This document shows, piece by piece, positions 1 through 14,012 of a stretch of 64,000 nt of DNA (the first letter of the stretch is position 1; every line of letters begins with the position of its first letter). Location of the stretch: positions 80,600,001 to 80,664,000 of the forward strand of contig OX597816.1 in NCBI GenBank assembly GCA_951406725.2, given 5' to 3'. This stretch comes from Octopus vulgaris. Lineage: Eukaryota. The notes beneath the pieces are model-generated. The model did no database searches. It was not told where the DNA came from and saw nothing but the letters and a program-made list of their open reading frames with translations. The translations under genes and the position numbers were made by a program.

Positions 1-1014
1 CGTGACTTTAGTTTACGTATGGAAGCATCAACTGCTGATAAAAAGCAAACTCTCCTAATGATGTAGTTTTTCAAATGGATTTCTACAACCTCAATTATAT
101 TTGCAGACTTTGTAGTCTCGAAAGATTTTACTCTAAGACATACAGTAGTACTCTTTTATAATACAGGATTGGTGCAGGAATTCATTCTTATGGATGTAAG
201 AATTATTGCAATTTTCGTACTGCATATAACTTCATACAAATCATATAATCTAACACTTCCCTTCCCCGCACGTCAACTCCAAATTTCTCTACAACACACA
301 GGTTATGATTCACAAATTAACCAGCAGGTATTCAAACTAAACATTCATCCGTATCGATCCCACCAATCTCGGACGGACTGCAAAAGTCAGGGGCATTGTC
401 CCTTCTTTTTGAGTAAGCCATAAAAAATAATAAACAGAAAGTAAATGCTATCATCAATTCAAAACACCAATGCCGACAATCTTTTGATACGTTAGAGTAG
501 AGAACCATATCAATAAAAGATTTCGACTAAATTTACATTGCAGATATGATTTTGTGGAAACGTTGATAGTAAATAATAATTTCTTCCTGCTAATGTTATC
601 CAAACAGCAAACATGTAATAGAGAACGTGATATACTGATGAATCTGAAGATTGGAAATATGTACATCGCAAATGTAGAATTAGCGATACACATAAAATTG
701 GTAGTTTTCTTTTAACGTAACTCAATAGATTAAAAATGGACACATGTGCGTGGATGCATGTATGCATAATTATGTATGTATGTATATGTGTATGTATGTT
801 TGTATGCATGTACGTATGTTTGCGTTGATGGATGGAAGTTTTAGACGAGAAAGGAAGCGATACATTTGTGAAAAAAGTATGTATGTGTGCTTGTAAATGC
901 ATCGGAAATTCTCAAACTCATTGCACGTACTTTTGTATGCATATATGCGTGCATATTACATACATACACAATATGTGTGTTTCTGTATGCAATATTCATG
1001 TGTGTGTGTGTGTG

Positions 1015-1057
<43 letters not shown>

Positions 1058-1937
1058 CAACTGTTTGTATGTATGTCATATGCATGTGTGTGTGTGTGTT
1101 TATGCGTGTGATCAGATTATAGTTCGTTTGTAACACTAAAGTTCACAATTTCATGTTAATCAATGTTTCTAGCCAAATTTTAAAGATATGAAACATTGGC
1201 TTCTGACTTGCCCTTTGTTACAGAGATTGTCTTATGCGTATACAGATTTTCGTCAGAGTTTGTGCATTTGAGCCAAATCGCATCTATTGTGTGCCGCAGC
1301 ACAAAGCTACAATAAACATACAACATACACTACAACAGTAAATCAGATGAGGTTTGAACACTAATGCACTAACAATCAGGTGCCGGAGAGAAAGCTTATT
1401 ATCATAAGTTATCATTTATATAAAGACCAATGGTAATATTTATCCACACTTAAACATGGATGTTCAACTGGAACAAACTTACTGCGATAAACAGAACATT
1501 TAAATGTGTGTAAATATTACCTCTCTGTATAGTTCCTCTGTCGTTGATATATATTTTTCAAAAAGGCCAAAGTAAAAGCCAAAACTATTTCTCATCCAGT
1601 AGATGAATTTGGGAAATATTATTCCAAACGATGCACGATATGTCCCTTTACTTATATATATTTCCACCCCGACATATATATATATATATATTTATATATA
1701 TATTTAATTTAAGGTCATGTATTAAAGCACTACTAATAGTTTCATATGTTGAGAAAAATCAAACATATTTTTCAGGTGCAAACCATATATCACTATTTTT
1801 AAAATTTTAGTTTGCTTTTCATTTCCCCTTTATCGTTTTCCGTTGTTTTTCTATCTGCGTTTTCTATATGGTGTCTTGTCAATTTTTTCCCGTTTCTTCT
1901 GTTATTCAATTTCTTGAGTTAGTTATGGCAAGTGCTT

Positions 1938-1992
1938 CCCGCCTGAAGAATATGTTTGAGCTTTCTCAACATATTAAACTATTAGTAGCGCT
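1938..1992 (+). ncRNA. Degenerate type I hammerhead-ribozyme-like motif
   Basis: cgc-CTGAAGA-[ATATGTT(T)GAG cttt CTCAACATAT]-tAAAC-TAtTA-GTA-gcg. Core, stem II hairpin, stem III and stem I (cgc/gcg) are present, but G12 is replaced by T. Confidence 0.5.
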
Positions 1993-2045
1993 TTGATACA
2001 TGTATTATGACCGTTAAATAAATAATATTTATCTCTCACCAAGGT

Positions 2046-2172
2046 TGCGAGCTGGCAGAAACGTTAGCACGCCGGTCAATAAATTAAGAACCAGTTCCAT
2101 ACTGGGGTCAATCTAATCGACTGGCCACCTCCCCCAAAATTTCGGGCTTGTGCCTAGGGTAGAAAAGAATAT
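2046..2172 (+). mobile_element. tRNA-derived SINE family A, internally deleted copy
   Basis: Head gagctggcagaaacgttagcacgccgg joined directly to the 3' part (ctggggtcaatctaatcgact...gtgcctagggtagaaaag) seen in other copies. Confidence 0.75.
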
Positions 2173-2228
2173 TTACCTATCACCAGATGGATTACTTCCT
2201 TTGTTGAATTTTCTATCACGAATCAGTA

Positions 2229-2267
<39 letters not shown>

Positions 2268-2273
<6 letters not shown>

Positions 2274-2600
2274 ATGTAGAGATAGTAGTCCCCTTCATCA
2301 CACCATTTAGTTTTAATTTAATACTTACTACTTATTTCTCAGCTCCACGTGTTTCTTGTGGTTCTCTTACGGTTCCTTAAGCACGCAGTGTTTTACAGGG
2401 ACCTTTCTTAAAACATAACCCCAATCATCAGGCCTCTAAGTTACTTTTTAAGAAAGGTTCCTGTAAAACACTGCGTGCTTAAGGAACCGTAAGAGAACCT
2501 CAAGAAACACGTGTAGCTGAGAAATGAGTAGTAAGTATTAAATTAAAATTTTTTTATATGGTGGTATGAAGGGGACTACTATCTCTAAATAACATATATA
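2268..2600. mobile_element. Palindromic MITE/foldback element in (TA)n
   Basis: Arms of about 150 bp (2268-2419 and 2440-2600) are near-perfect reverse complements with a spacer of about 20 bp, flanked by TA repeats. Confidence 0.85.
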
Positions 2601-3300
2601 TTTCCTCATTGAGAATAATTTGAACCCCTGTGATGCTGGAATTTTTATTCCCTAATAAATAATATATATTTTATATATATATATATATGCACACACACAC
2701 ACATCAATACGGTAATCTAAATATTTATATTAATACATATTTGTATTAACGTTAATATTCTTCCCATATGAGTATTATCTGCATATTATTACATACAAGT
2801 TACGATATGTCTGTGCGTTTGTGTTTATATATAGCTGTGCGTGTATGTGTACGTGTGTGCGTATGTGTGTGGGATTGTGCATGTATTTCTGCTTTGCTTA
2901 TCAATATCTGTGTATGTTTCTGTAGATGAATCACAAATAAACTGAAGAATATAATGCTACAATGATTATAGACCTTTAGATAGCGTTTGACTGGTATATG
3001 GGGGATAAATTATCCAGGCGATGTGTATAATATTTAATACGAACCATTGTCACGTTCCCAATTTCTCTACCTAAGTTATTGAGAGTAGGCGCAAATAGTA
3101 TATTTGTATGAAATTTGACTTCATTAGGTCAGAAGACATACTGAATGCTAAATGAAGTTGCAAGTAATATATGAGAGAGGCTAATTGCTGTATGATGTCC
3201 ATCGCCCACAAATTCCTACACTTACACTTCAACTCACAAGCACACAGACATTTAGTCTTTTTGATAATATCAATGATATTTTATACATGCATGCATGTCT

Positions 3301-3611
3301 TCTACTACAGCCTCGGGCCGACCAAAGCCTTGTGAGTGGATCTAGTAGACGGGAACTGGATTTGGAAGCCCGTCGTATATATGTATACATATGTGTGTGT
3401 CTGTGTTTGCCCCCCCACCCCCACCCCAACATCGCTTGACAACCGATACTGGTGTGTTTGCGCCCCCGTAACTTAGCAGTTCAGCAAAAGAGACAGATAG
3501 AATAAGTACTAAGCTTACAAAATATGAGACCTGGGGTCGATTTGCTCGACTAAAGGCGGTGCTCCAGAAGGGCCACAGTCAAATGACTGAAACAAGTAAA
3601 AGAGTAAAAGA
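3301..3611 (+). mobile_element. SINE family B, 5'-truncated
   Basis: Matches the 3' two-thirds of the full copies at 25557-25942 and 59398-59801; ends cagtcaaatgactgaaacaagtaaaagag. Confidence 0.85.
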
Positions 3612-3612
3612 C

Positions 3613-3657
<45 letters not shown>

Positions 3658-3719
3658 GACATACATATATTCTGTGCATAATATAACACACTACACACAC
3701 ACATAAATACATATTTGTG

Positions 3720-3764
<45 letters not shown>

Positions 3765-4819
3765 ACATGTATCCAAGTATTGTTTTAAATGAGAAGCAAA
3801 AATGAGCATAACATTTTTATTAACTCACATAGGTCATCTGAATTGCACATGCTGTTAGAGTTACTCTTTTTCTATACAGAGGTACTGCTCAGCGTATCCT
3901 CTATCAAAAGAATAAATATGTACAATCAGGGAACCCAATACTCAAGTACTCTGAGAAAAAAAAAACATCAGATTTTCACTTTCCACACCCAGCTTCACCT
4001 TGTAGGTGTTAGCAAAATCCTTGGCCCTGAAGACACTTCTTTATTGGAGCAAGCAAATAGAAGTCGTGAACCCTTCCACAAATATGGGCTGCTTCGATTT
4101 TGCAACTTTTGTTCTTGTTTTCACCGGCGTCACCCTTGCTCGAAAAGATTCACGACCGAAGGCGTTCGAATTGTGTTCATCATATCCGCTAGGATTCTTT
4201 CTTCTTTAATATACGGAAAAGTGATGGAAGGGATTGTTGGAGTTATTTCTCGAAGATCAATAATTTTGTAACTATCTCAAGAGCACGTGAAGTTGTACAT
4301 TAACTCTTGTTACTCATTTATTTCTACTCTCTATAATTCCAATTTATTTGTTTTAATTGTCTAGTAAATAATTTATCTCCCTTTGTTAATGAATACAACG
4401 TCATGCTCCTTTTTTTTTTCCAGAAAAACTGATCACGTAAAAAAAAAATAAATAAATAAGCAGAGTAGCGTAGCACTTTCCATGTTGTTTAGCCTTCGAA
4501 GGGAAATAAAGGGTATTTTCGCAACCGTACTGAATAAGGAATGCGATAACATATGACATTCTACAGATAGGACCAAAATGAGTTTCATCAATTCAATATG
4601 GAATATTAACTATTGAGTAACTAGCAACAGACGGAATTGATGAAAACGGATAAGAATTATAAAAATTGTCATTAGCATCTCTCTGCCACTCAGAAATTCA
4701 AAATCTATCGGAAAATACAGTGTTTTTCAATCGTTCAATTTGATCGGAAAACAGGAAAACAAAAATAAATGTTATAATTTATTCCATTTAATGGAATGTT
4801 ATTAATTTGATGCTTCATT

Positions 4820-6480
4820 CTGAACATTTTTTTTCTCTTTTCACTCATCCTTTCCAGTACATTTTAGTTTCCTTTCACTGTTTATCTCCTCTTTCTCCCT
4901 TTTTCCCTCTCACGCTTCCTCACCTTACTCTTTATGGCAACGCTAATACCCAAATTGTTTTACTGTTTTTCAATTTCCCCCTTTCTCTCTCCCTATCACT
5001 CCCTATTGTTCTTCCTCTCTATGCCCCATCTCTCTAACGTTTTCTAATCTTCCTCTTTCCCTATCTCTCATCTACCCTATACTCTCACGAAATTCCTTTT
5101 TTCATCCTCTGCCTTTCTCTCTGTTCTCTATCTAAAAAACAATCTTTTATGCCCAACATTATCTCCCTCTTGTAAGCTTTTTTACTATTATTCTTTTCTT
5201 TTTGAGGGGAGGGGTTATATTTCAATTTCCCCATAACTTAAAAATAGTTCTCCCTACTAAGCCAACGTCTTCCTTGCGTTTCTATACATCTGTTTCTCTC
5301 TCCATATTTTTTTCACTACATTCCGCTTTCCATAACTTCAACTATTCTCTCTCTTCGTCTCTCTCACTCCCTTTCTCTACCTCTCCAATTCTAATATCAA
5401 CACATCTTCACTCATTTACTAAATTGCTATTTCTCATCAGCTGCCTTTTCTCCCCAAGCTCTTTTTACTCTCCCCTTTTCCTTCACTATTTCCCTTGTGC
5501 ATGTCCATTTGCACTATTTCTCTTTCCTTATCCCCATCCCTCGTCCTCCATTTCACTCTCTTTAATTTAAAATCACAACATAAAAAAAAAAACTGTCTGT
5601 AATATTGATGAAATTCTAACTTATTGATAGTTACGCTTGAATTTTTACTTTTCAGATTGAGAAGTGGTTTTATGAATAAAGAAAAATCATATCAAATAGA
5701 CTTAATAATCGTTGGAATTTCTTTTTTTTTTTCATTTATATATTTTCGTTTATTTTCCTTTTCAAAAAAAAAATCGCTTAATTTTCATTTCTTCCTGTTT
5801 GTGTTTCATTGTTTGCTTTTATTTTTTTACATATTTGTTAATGTCGTCCGATCAATACGAACATTTCCACAGCATTTTTAAATAAAATCATTTTAACACC
5901 CCAACTTAAACATTTTCAAATCTGTCCGAAAAACACTAAACCCATCCCAGATCTCTTTCAATCGCTCTAACATTTTCTCTCAATATCCAATATTTATTAC
6001 CAGCCTTCCCTTCCTCCATTTCTCGTTGACTAGTTTATCTCCCAAACTATTTTAATATTTCTATCTCATACTAAATCTCTATCTCTCAAAAGAGCAATAT
6101 TACCTGTATCTCGCAAATCCCCTTTCGATCTTACAATTTCATCATCATTTACACAAACCCCACCCTTTTGTTTCCCACCAGGTTATTATCTGTTTCATTC
6201 ATTCTTTACCTCTTACTGCTGTCTTTTCTTCCACCAGTTCATTATCTTTCACATCCCACATTCTCTTGTTACTATATGATCTCCTACCACTCCTCCCTTC
6301 TCCCTCATTAGATCATCCTTTCTTGCTAGCCCCTCCTTTTCTCATTCGATCATTATCCCTTGTTACCCTTCCTTCTCTCACCCTTTCATTATCTGTTATT
6401 CACAGCTGCTTCATCCTTTTGATTGAAAATTTCTCATTTTTATCTTTAAATTTTGATTTTCAATTTTTATTCCATTTCTC
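4820..6480. repeat. Pyrimidine-rich low-complexity tract
   Basis: Strong C/T strand bias with cryptic (CT)n/(CTT)n; the ORFs here are F/L/S-rich artefacts. Confidence 0.7.
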
Positions 6481-6483
6481 TCG

Positions 6484-6530
<47 letters not shown>

Positions 6531-7149
6531 GTTCTATCTTACATTATTGCTTCGATTTCCCTTTATCTTATTTTAGTCTTCATGCTTTCATATAAGACCT
6601 TTCTCTTGTCTTTGTGACTTTTTTAATGAACGTCTCACTTTATTGTTTCTATCTTTCACAAAGAATCAGTTTCCTTCTAAAACCAAAGCATAAATGTGAA
6701 AGACAAAAAGCAATAAATACTAGCTGACACTACACTTGTCGCAAAACACAAGATATCTTTATAAAATATGCTAATTTTTCAAGCTTATACGAGTATATAT
6801 TACCTACTCAGTGATTCTCTCATCAGTACTTCCGTAAGAACGGTAAAGTGTATACTTCGTAAAGGAGGTCGGATGAAACGGAAACTTTCACAGTTATCTC
6901 CCTCACTTGTCATTATAATTAACATGTTATTAGTAATTGAGCTAATGGTATCTTTTCCCGATCAATAAATTATTTCTAATTAGGTATTTGGCGCTCACTG
7001 CATTGGGTATGTCAGGATGAAGGTTGTACATGCATAAACATTTATATCAGAATCTAAAAAGGTGCTGTTTAGTTAATAAAGAATCCTTCAATCTATAACA
7101 GTATTATACAACAGCTATTTTTCTATCACTATTTTCTTTTATAGCTGCA

Positions 7150-8030
7150 ATGAGGGTAGAAACTCACATGAAATGTATATTATATCTGCTAACACAATGC
7201 CTGGTCTCTAAGTATCAATAACTGAAACACACTAGATTGTAAAATCCTACATCTCACACTCATTATTCTCGGTGATTTCTTCTGTACCATTTCGATGTTT
7301 CTTTTTTCCTTTCTAGGCTGTACTTCTCACTCAATCTCCAATAAACATACTTAAGAATATTATCATGCCTCCTTTTGTATTCCTTTGGAAGCCATTTTGC
7401 TACACTCATTGACAATATGTGAGACGGTTTCGTTTTTGATGCCACACATTCTACAATGGGGCGAATCACTACCCTTATACATTTGGAACTTGATATAATT
7501 AGTTCTCATGCTTGTTCCTGAGCGCTGCATATCAATGGCTCACTGCATCCTTTCAGATCACTTTTCCTTAGACATCTACAGGTGTTGATCCTATCTTTCT
7601 CTATCATTTCTCTGAGTTATTGCCTATGTATCGTTTACATTTCCCAGTAGTTCGATCCTTGTTCTCTATCTTGTTTCATAAATGCTTTTGGATGTGTCAC
7701 ATTTTCACTATTTTCACATGTTGCTCTTTCTAATACCAACAACCAAATGTTTAATCAACTGTTTGACGTACTATCTCAGACTGTTTTCATCATTGAAAAC
7801 ACAGATCTTGCATCCTATGATGCCTCTTCCACACTTGTTTCTAGCTACATACAGTCCATCGATATCACTTTTACGGTCCAGTTCCTTGTTCATTGCCATC
7901 ACTTTCCTGGCTTTCCTACCCATTTCCTCAAAATTGTTCTTTGTCCACCTCACAACAGCTGCATAATATCGCGTTAAGGAGACAACCCATGTATTCATTA
8001 CCCTGATCTTGTTCTTTCCATTGAGTCTAT
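7150..8030 (-). mobile_element. R4/Dong-like non-LTR retrotransposon fragment (post-RT, Zn knuckle, start of RLE), decayed
   Basis: Peptides NTWVVSLTRYYAAVVRW, SDIDGLYVARNKCGRG and EYKRRHDNILKYVYW parallel the element at 47640-50810. Confidence 0.8.
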
Positions 8031-8075
8031 CTCCATAATTAATCTGGTAATAATAATAATTATTATTATTATCAT

Positions 8076-8650
8076 TGCCTTTACACAGCTTCTAACTCTG
8101 GAGATGTACTACGGTGTCAGCTGTTCACTACCAGTGAACTAGGGTAAAACCTCTTATTTTTCGAGCACCTATCGGAGTATCCGAACGGTTCCAGGCAGTA
8201 CTGTTTTCTGCAAGTGCTCCACCCTCATTGCAGCCCGTATTTGTTCCACGTACTTCTCGAGATTTTTGCTCACTGTTCCCGGGGGTCCGAAAATTTTTCA
8301 TCGACCACAACTGCTTAAGTTCCCAAGCTAACCTGTCAAATCTCTCGACTTTTCTTTCTTCCTTATCGCATACCTTGTTGTCAACTGGGCATGCTATATC
8401 TATGATCCAGCATAGCTTATTTTCTTTCTCAATTAACACTGTGCCTGGCTTCCTATTCTCAATCTGATGGTCGCACTGAATCCTAAAATTCTATAGGATC
8501 TTTGCATTTTTATTTTCGATGGTGCCTTAGGGTTTGTGATCGTACCAATTTTTTGCTCTGTCAAGTTATATTGTTGTGGCGTCTCTTATATTGCTTCTGG
8601 GCTAGTGGCATACATTGGCTAGTCATATGCCATACGTTTTTGTCATTTGG
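8076..8650 (-). mobile_element. R4/Dong-like 3' fragment (restriction-like endonuclease) ending at a (TAA)n tract
   Basis: CWIIDIACPVDNKVCDKEERKVERFDRLAWELKQLW; on its sense strand the 3' end runs into the AAT repeats at about 8048-8075. Confidence 0.85.
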
Positions 8651-9301
8651 TACATAAGTCTCTATTATCATCATCACCAGTAGTAGTAGTAGTAGTAGTA
8701 GTTGTAGTTTTTGTTGATGTTGCTGCTGCTTTTACTTGATGATATGGTGAGTGGCAAAATAGATAAACAACCAGATGAATTATTTTATGGTATACAGTTA
8801 TCTCTCTCTAGGCTCTGAGTTGAATCGCATTCACTTTGACTCTAACTTTCATACTTCCGGGGACGGTAAAATATGCAACACCTATGTATTGGCATCGATA
8901 GATATCGCCTCCACTCCCTAGTAACGTTTCTGTATTAAGGGTAGAAATTAAGATTATGATTTACAATTTATTCACAAAATTTATTATTTCTCCCAATTTC
9001 TCTGACCATCTTTATTGCTCCCGTTTTTCTTTTTCATCTATCCCTCTATCTATCTCTAACAGCTTTCCTTTATACAACCTTTTATTATATATATTATATA
9101 TATTATATTTTTCTAATCTTACAATTTTTTTATTATTCCGTGTAATGCATTTGACAAGTAACTCTGTGTCAATTTCATTCTATCATCCTGTATACTCCAA
9201 AGATAATAAAATATGATTCGAAATAATAATTCTGACTCATAATATACGCAAAAAATGAAACCGCGTATACACACATGCTTGCGTCCATAATGTATAAAAG
9301 T

Positions 9302-9566
9302 GTTTGTATGTATGTATGTATGTATGTATGTATGTATGTATGTATGTATGTATGTATGTATGTATGTATGTATGTATGTGTGTATGTATGTGTATGTATG
9401 TATGTGTGTATGTATGTATGTATGTATGTATGTATGCACATAAGTATGTATGTATGCATGCATGTATGTATGCATGTATATATGTATGAATGTATGTATG
9501 TGTATGTATAAGTATGAATGTGTATGTATGAATGTATGTATGAATGTATGTATGCATGAATGTATG
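9302..9566. repeat. (TATG)n microsatellite
   Basis: Direct inspection. Confidence 0.95.
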
Positions 9567-10419
9567 TTTCTATTTAATTTTTATCCTTGTTGTTTTCTGT
9601 CTGTTCAACGCTTGATTTATATATATATATTAACCAAATTGAAGGAGTACTGCAGATAAAATGCAGGCTACATATGTCTCCCGGCTAGCAGATTCTTTGA
9701 TGTAATAATTATTCAACGCAGGTTACTCGGCGAATTCTCATCAGGCCTGAAGGCACCTCAGTTATATGAAGGTTATTTTGTAATTAAGGAATTCCAAGTT
9801 AACTCGCCGAAGATTTATTCTGAAATGAGTGAGGAAGTCAGAACAGACTAGAAAAATGAAATTAAAAAAACAAACGTAAAAAAGCAAATGCTTGAAGAAA
9901 TAAGATGGTCAGTAAATAGGAAGAGGGAAGATTTTAAGAATGAAGAAAATGAGAGGGGGCGGGAAGACGGGGGATAAACTGCGTAGCTGAATGCTGACTT
10001 TAAAGGAAGGGTCTCAATGAATATTAAGCAGAGGCCACTTTATTGTGTCTACAGCAAATCGGTACTTAGGCGCACCCATGCGTAAACATTCCAACAGAAA
10101 AAAAAAATAGAATACATGAAATAGTTAGGAATAAGAAAAAGAGAAAAGGAAGAAGTTCAAATTCAGGAGTGAGAGTTAGGTAGAGTTGTTAGGAAAGAAG
10201 AAAAGGAGGGAGAAAAAAGGAAAAAGTGTTAGGACTTGAAGGGCAACATAATAGTTCTGGTTATAGCTGATCGCTTACTATCTCACATATATATTTGCGT
10301 AACCGCACGCGCACGCGTACACTCACGACATACCCATAGTATCAGCATATGCAAATTCTCGTGGATCATATTTCTGCATTTTGTATGACATGTGGACTCA
10401 ACATTAGCCTGAAGAAAGA

Positions 10420-11300
10420 CTTTTGTATAGTTCTAGCCTTCGCCAAAAACACGTATGTGGAACCATCTATCTTAGTTGAAGAATAAGTATCGATCGTGGT
10501 AAACAAGTTTTCTATCTGGGCTGCACACACAACTGTTTTGGTCCTTAGGTGATGAAATATATCTTAGGTTTCAGCAGGCAAGTAATTTCTTAACGGATCT
10601 TGAATCTTGTGTCTAGCCCAACATCACAAGGCGAACAAATGTCGCTGTGTAGTATGAGTGTGCGCTGACGTCGGTCCTTTACTCAAGTGGAACATAGACT
10701 TTACAAGCATCACACAGGGGCCCTTGAACGCTTCCAGCAGAGATGTATGAGGCATGTTGGCTGATCATTTCGGACTCCGGACACGTAGAACCCGAAAGGA
10801 GTTTTGAGCGTTGAGGTGATGGTGCAAAAGTACCGTTTACGTTAGGCTGCCAGGGGATCGCTAAGCAGATGCTATGTGGCAAACTCGTTTGTGAAAATGC
10901 CCCCAACAGACACCAGGATTATCATTTGAGGATTGTGTAAAGTCCACATTGAAAGCAAGTGAAATATGGAAGGTCAAATAGGAAAGCAGTGCTTGTCATC
11001 GGCACACATGGAGGAAATAAATTCTGGAAGGAGAGGTTGTTTTCGAAGAATCACTCCATTTCCCTTCAGAATTTAGGCGAGCTACTCGAAAATGCACTGC
11101 ATTTTTTCTTTTGGAGCGTAGAGTTATTCTGTGGATGATTTAATGCCAATAATTCGAGATGGGTGTCCCTCTCAGTGTGTGGTGTTTGATGTGTGTGTCT
11201 TTCAGCAGTATTGTATTTGATGTGGAGAAAAATATTCCACTCTTTACCTCACTTTGTGCTACCTAATCACGATTTGAGCGTACATATGATCAAAGGATTT
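10420..11300 (+). mobile_element. RTE-like LINE 3' fragment, decayed
   Basis: Frame-broken residues resembling RTE motifs LLY.SETWT.Y..H...LERFQQRCMR and KQMLCGKL. Confidence 0.6.
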
Positions 11301-11887
11301 CAAGCCGTTCTTTTTGGGATGTCTGAAACCATATTTTCCAGTGAGTTCGCTTTTTTCTTGAGTGTGATAGTGGTGGTTGTCGTCGTCACCGTGCTAGTGG
11401 TTGACTGTTAGTGGTGCTAGCATTAGAGTATTCCTGAAATCTTACGAACCCCAGGAGTATTCTGTATTCTGTATTCAGGATTTAAAAAATAACGGTAACA
11501 TAAACATTTGTCAGTTTTATAACACAGTAGCGAACTCTTTATTCTCCAGTAGAGATGATGAAGTCCATTTCTGAATAAAGTGACTATGCTCTGAACATGG
11601 CTTACTACCATATCGACTAAATTATCAGTAACCATATCATACTATTGATGACTACCCAGAGAAACTCGTTCAAAGGCTAAAATACCTGTGATCTCAAACA
11701 TCAAATAATGCACAAAACCAGAGAAACACAAACACAGAACATGCACGTAATTTAGAAGTACATGCATTAACGACCACACACACAACCAAATACGTATGTG
11801 TACATGTGTGCCTGTGAATACACTAACACTTACAGACATACACACATGCATACACTTTGCCAGTATGTACATATTCACATTTGAATA

Positions 11888-11888
11888 C

Positions 11889-11975
<87 letters not shown>
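11888..11975. repeat. (TA)n microsatellite
   Basis: Direct inspection; representative of dozens of (TA)n/(CA)n tracts in the window. Confidence 0.95.
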
Positions 11976-11978
<3 letters not shown>

Positions 11979-12479
11979 TCAAATGTGAATACATTAATAA
12001 TTATTACTAGATCATATACAGATGTTCACATAAAAAAATACACGAGATAACAAGCATATACTGCAAGAATTCAGCAACACTATGATGCGAAGATTACTAT
12101 TTGAAAATTTAGAAGCAGCATGTTCTGTATCCTGGATAAGGATATTAACAGTTTTGTTGTATCTAGTGACATCTTACTTCAGAGCATAACCAGAGAGCAA
12201 GTCATTGCCTACACGTTATGACTGTAGTTTATTTACCATCAGGAATGGAAGTCAAGGAATTCAAATTATAGGTAAGTCGTGTCTTTCCACAACATCTATG
12301 ATGGCATAACCCCAAAGACACTAACGAAACCAGTCATTAATTTTATACTCAAGCTGATATTTCTAAAAGTTACCAGCATCATGATAATTTCTTTTAAAAT
12401 TTAACTTATTTTGAATATGTTAGCAGGGATATAATATTGATTAGACATGAGGTATCCAACATAGCAGGTTAACAGCTTT

Positions 12480-13035
12480 TAACCCCGCCAGCCTCACAAA
12501 CGCCTCTGCGGATCCACTGTGGATCCTTTCGTACTCCACCTATTTTCGCACCATTAAACTGTTGGCCGCCTTCAACGCCATGTTACACTGAACGAGATCA
12601 TAAAGCATGCCCTAGAGGCCTCAAACTTCCCTAGCTTAAACCAGCGTGACTGGACGGGAGGGACGGTAAAAGGCCAGACAGAATGACAATTTTCCCATTC
12701 AGCACTTGTTGGTACTTCATCAGGAATGTCACATGTTGTGGCACCTTCTCCACCGTTAACATTGTGTGTTCGGCTTTGAGTTCAGGCTTCGTTGCTCGTG
12801 AAGTTTAGAAGGGAAAATATCAAAGTATTGGCCACTCCCTGACAGATTTGTGGTCAAACTTAAGGCATTGGTGACCTCCGGAGTTCTTGGCTCACAGACT
12901 GCCACCCTACTTTCTACTATCGAGGCAGAAATGGCTATACGCAAGTATAAGCCCCGTGTATCAGAGTGGTGGTTCCTGCGCGTCTCTCTTCCCATCCTCC
13001 AGAGTAATGCCTTTTCCATTTTGTCCACAGGGACA
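12480..13035 (+). mobile_element. CRE-like non-LTR retrotransposon 3' fragment (Zn knuckle plus restriction-like endonuclease)
   Basis: RHVTLNEIIKHALEA, DGKRPD, TSGVLG and ILQSNAFSILST resemble the CRE RLE consensus (RH..LN.II..AL, DGKRPDG, IQRGNA.SIL). Confidence 0.7.
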
Positions 13036-13952
13036 AAGTCACTTATAAGTGTTGTATTTCTTAAGACAAATACACTATCAATGAAATTACTTCCTATACA
13101 GATTGTTAACCTAATACATCGATAGCTAGAAAACCTGAAACTTCCATTTAAATAATTGTCCATTCCCGTCTTTAAGTCTTATTTTGAGGATGACAAAGTG
13201 ACTTATAAGGTCTTTAGGTATTGTTTAGATCTATGTGAGCCTAGATCGAGCAAAGCTATAAACAAAAGCGTCCTTGTTATTTCTATGACACAGTATAACT
13301 AGGACTACATTACCCTATGTACTTTTTTTTTTCATTTTTAAACGATTGGGTTTGAGTTGAAAGAGTTGTAAGAAATGTTATGCAAGTTAAGCAACCACGA
13401 ACAAGTTACTTCATTATTCTGAAGTCGTAGGGTAATTTTCGTCGCTATACCTCACTGTTACAATTTAAAATCGACTGCATGAAAGCACATCGCTCTCTGA
13501 CCCAACTACTACATTATTTCATACTGTATTTGTTATGGTCTCGTCTGTATTTCCTAATTTGAAACATTCCCCATGCGTGAGAACCAGTGAGTGGAAAGAA
13601 AGGATTTGGAAAATGTGTTTTAAAAAGCTCCTGCCGACAAACATAATATTTCAGTGGATTCCCAGAGTCAACCAACAAAAAATGGTACTATTCAGAGCGA
13701 AAGGAAACGAGAAGAAAAAACAAAGCAACAAAGAGAGAAAATAGGGAAAAAATAACATTGACGGAAGAGAAAACATTTGTGTGATAAAATGCGATTAGAA
13801 AAGTAAACAAGTGTTGGAAAAGGATATCTTTACTGGAGTTGTATGTGGCAACATGCCGCGTTAGGAAGAAATGCGCCATACAGGTGCAGTCCACACGCAT
13901 GTAAGTATGTGTGTGCGTGCGTGTGTGCGTGCGTGTGTGGGTGGGTGTGTAC

Positions 13953-14000
<48 letters not shown>

Positions 14001-14012
14001 ATACACACACAT

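Noticed and set aside
3789-4271. 160-aa ORF and a mariner-like phrase (DFYLLAPIKKCLQGQGF) on the minus strand
   Set aside because: No coherent domain; at most a very decayed mariner remnant.
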